From Alphaproteobacteria bacterium (GTDB lineage: Bacteria > Pseudomonadota > Alphaproteobacteria > CACIAM-22H2): a stretch of DNA of 64,000 nucleotides. A model generated the notes under the pieces. That model was not told the DNA's origin. It was given only the letters and a program-made list of their open reading frames with translations, and ran no database searches. The translations under genes were made by a program, and so were the position numbers. Shown here piece by piece: positions 63,882 through 64,000 of the stretch (position 1 is its first letter; each line of letters opens with the position of its first letter). The DNA is taken from assembly GCA_036394195.1 (NCBI GenBank), contig DASWFO010000062.1, positions 18,514 through 82,513 on the forward strand, read 5' to 3'.

Positions 63882-64000
63882 GGCGCGGCACCATAGAAGC
63901 GGGCCGTAAACGCGCGGTTAATCCGGTTAATGATCCGTTGCCGCTGACCATGCGGTCAATCGGCCGCGCCGCATCGGGTCGCGCCGCCAGCCCCTGCTTT

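Overview
This 64-kb window is GC-rich (~65%) alphaproteobacterial chromosome; the repeat families and gene order point to a Bradyrhizobiaceae-type genome (Bradyrhizobium/Rhodopseudomonas/Nitrobacter-like). Almost every real gene lies on the minus strand. The many long plus-strand ORFs in the track are Arg/Pro/Gly/His-rich shadows of those genes, and several minus-strand ORFs (e.g. 15479..15895, 26859..28268) are out-of-frame shadows as well.

Reading from the start of the window:
- 1-9.2 kb is a copper/silver resistance island. It holds a cusA fragment, cusB (with an internally duplicated N-terminal metal-binding module), two tandem copies of a two-gene unit (a small Cys/Met-rich exported protein followed by a FixH/YtkA-like exported protein) around a TolC-family outer membrane factor, an LTXXQ periplasmic protein, a P1B-type Cu-ATPase (copA), and a divergent csoR with a palindromic operator. 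Copies of one ~200-bp repeat flank the copA/csoR module on both sides.
- 9.3-11.7 kb is a small accessory stretch: a hypothetical protein, an exported alpha/beta hydrolase, and a Phd/YefM antitoxin paired with a PIN (VapC) toxin that looks N-terminally frameshifted.
- 11.7-18.7 kb is housekeeping: proS, tag, methylmalonyl-CoA epimerase, RNase J, coaX, birA.
- 18.8-33.5 kb is the complete nuoA-N operon, with a ~100-aa pentapeptide-repeat ORF inserted between nuoF and nuoG.
- 33.7-43.6 kb carries tRNA-Asp, mtnA, an outer-membrane beta-barrel protein, tRNA-Val, the conserved hup-lon-clpX-clpP-tig block and tRNA-Leu.
- 43.7-64 kb carries an intact vapBC pair, a homodimeric-type 2-oxoacid dehydrogenase E1 next to an Lrp-family regulator, malonyl-CoA decarboxylase, nnr, a DUF1194/giant pentapeptide-repeat/M20 peptidase/Tat-PhoD cluster, an aldo-keto reductase, a DapA-family lyase, a bicupin dioxygenase, Rieske dioxygenase alpha/beta subunits and a PAS protein.

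The observations I rate highest are:
- a beta-carbonic anhydrase translationally coupled (GTGA overlap) to a protein with the hallmarks of a prokaryotic pentameric ligand-gated ion channel (FPFD-x-Q loop, four TM helices);
- a promoter-plus-terminator-delimited candidate sRNA in an AT-rich island at 13.65-13.78 kb;
- the nuo-embedded pentapeptide-repeat protein;
- the duplicated cus accessory module.

At least four families of REP/MITE-like intergenic repeats are present. No CRISPR array, rRNA or transposase/integrase was found.
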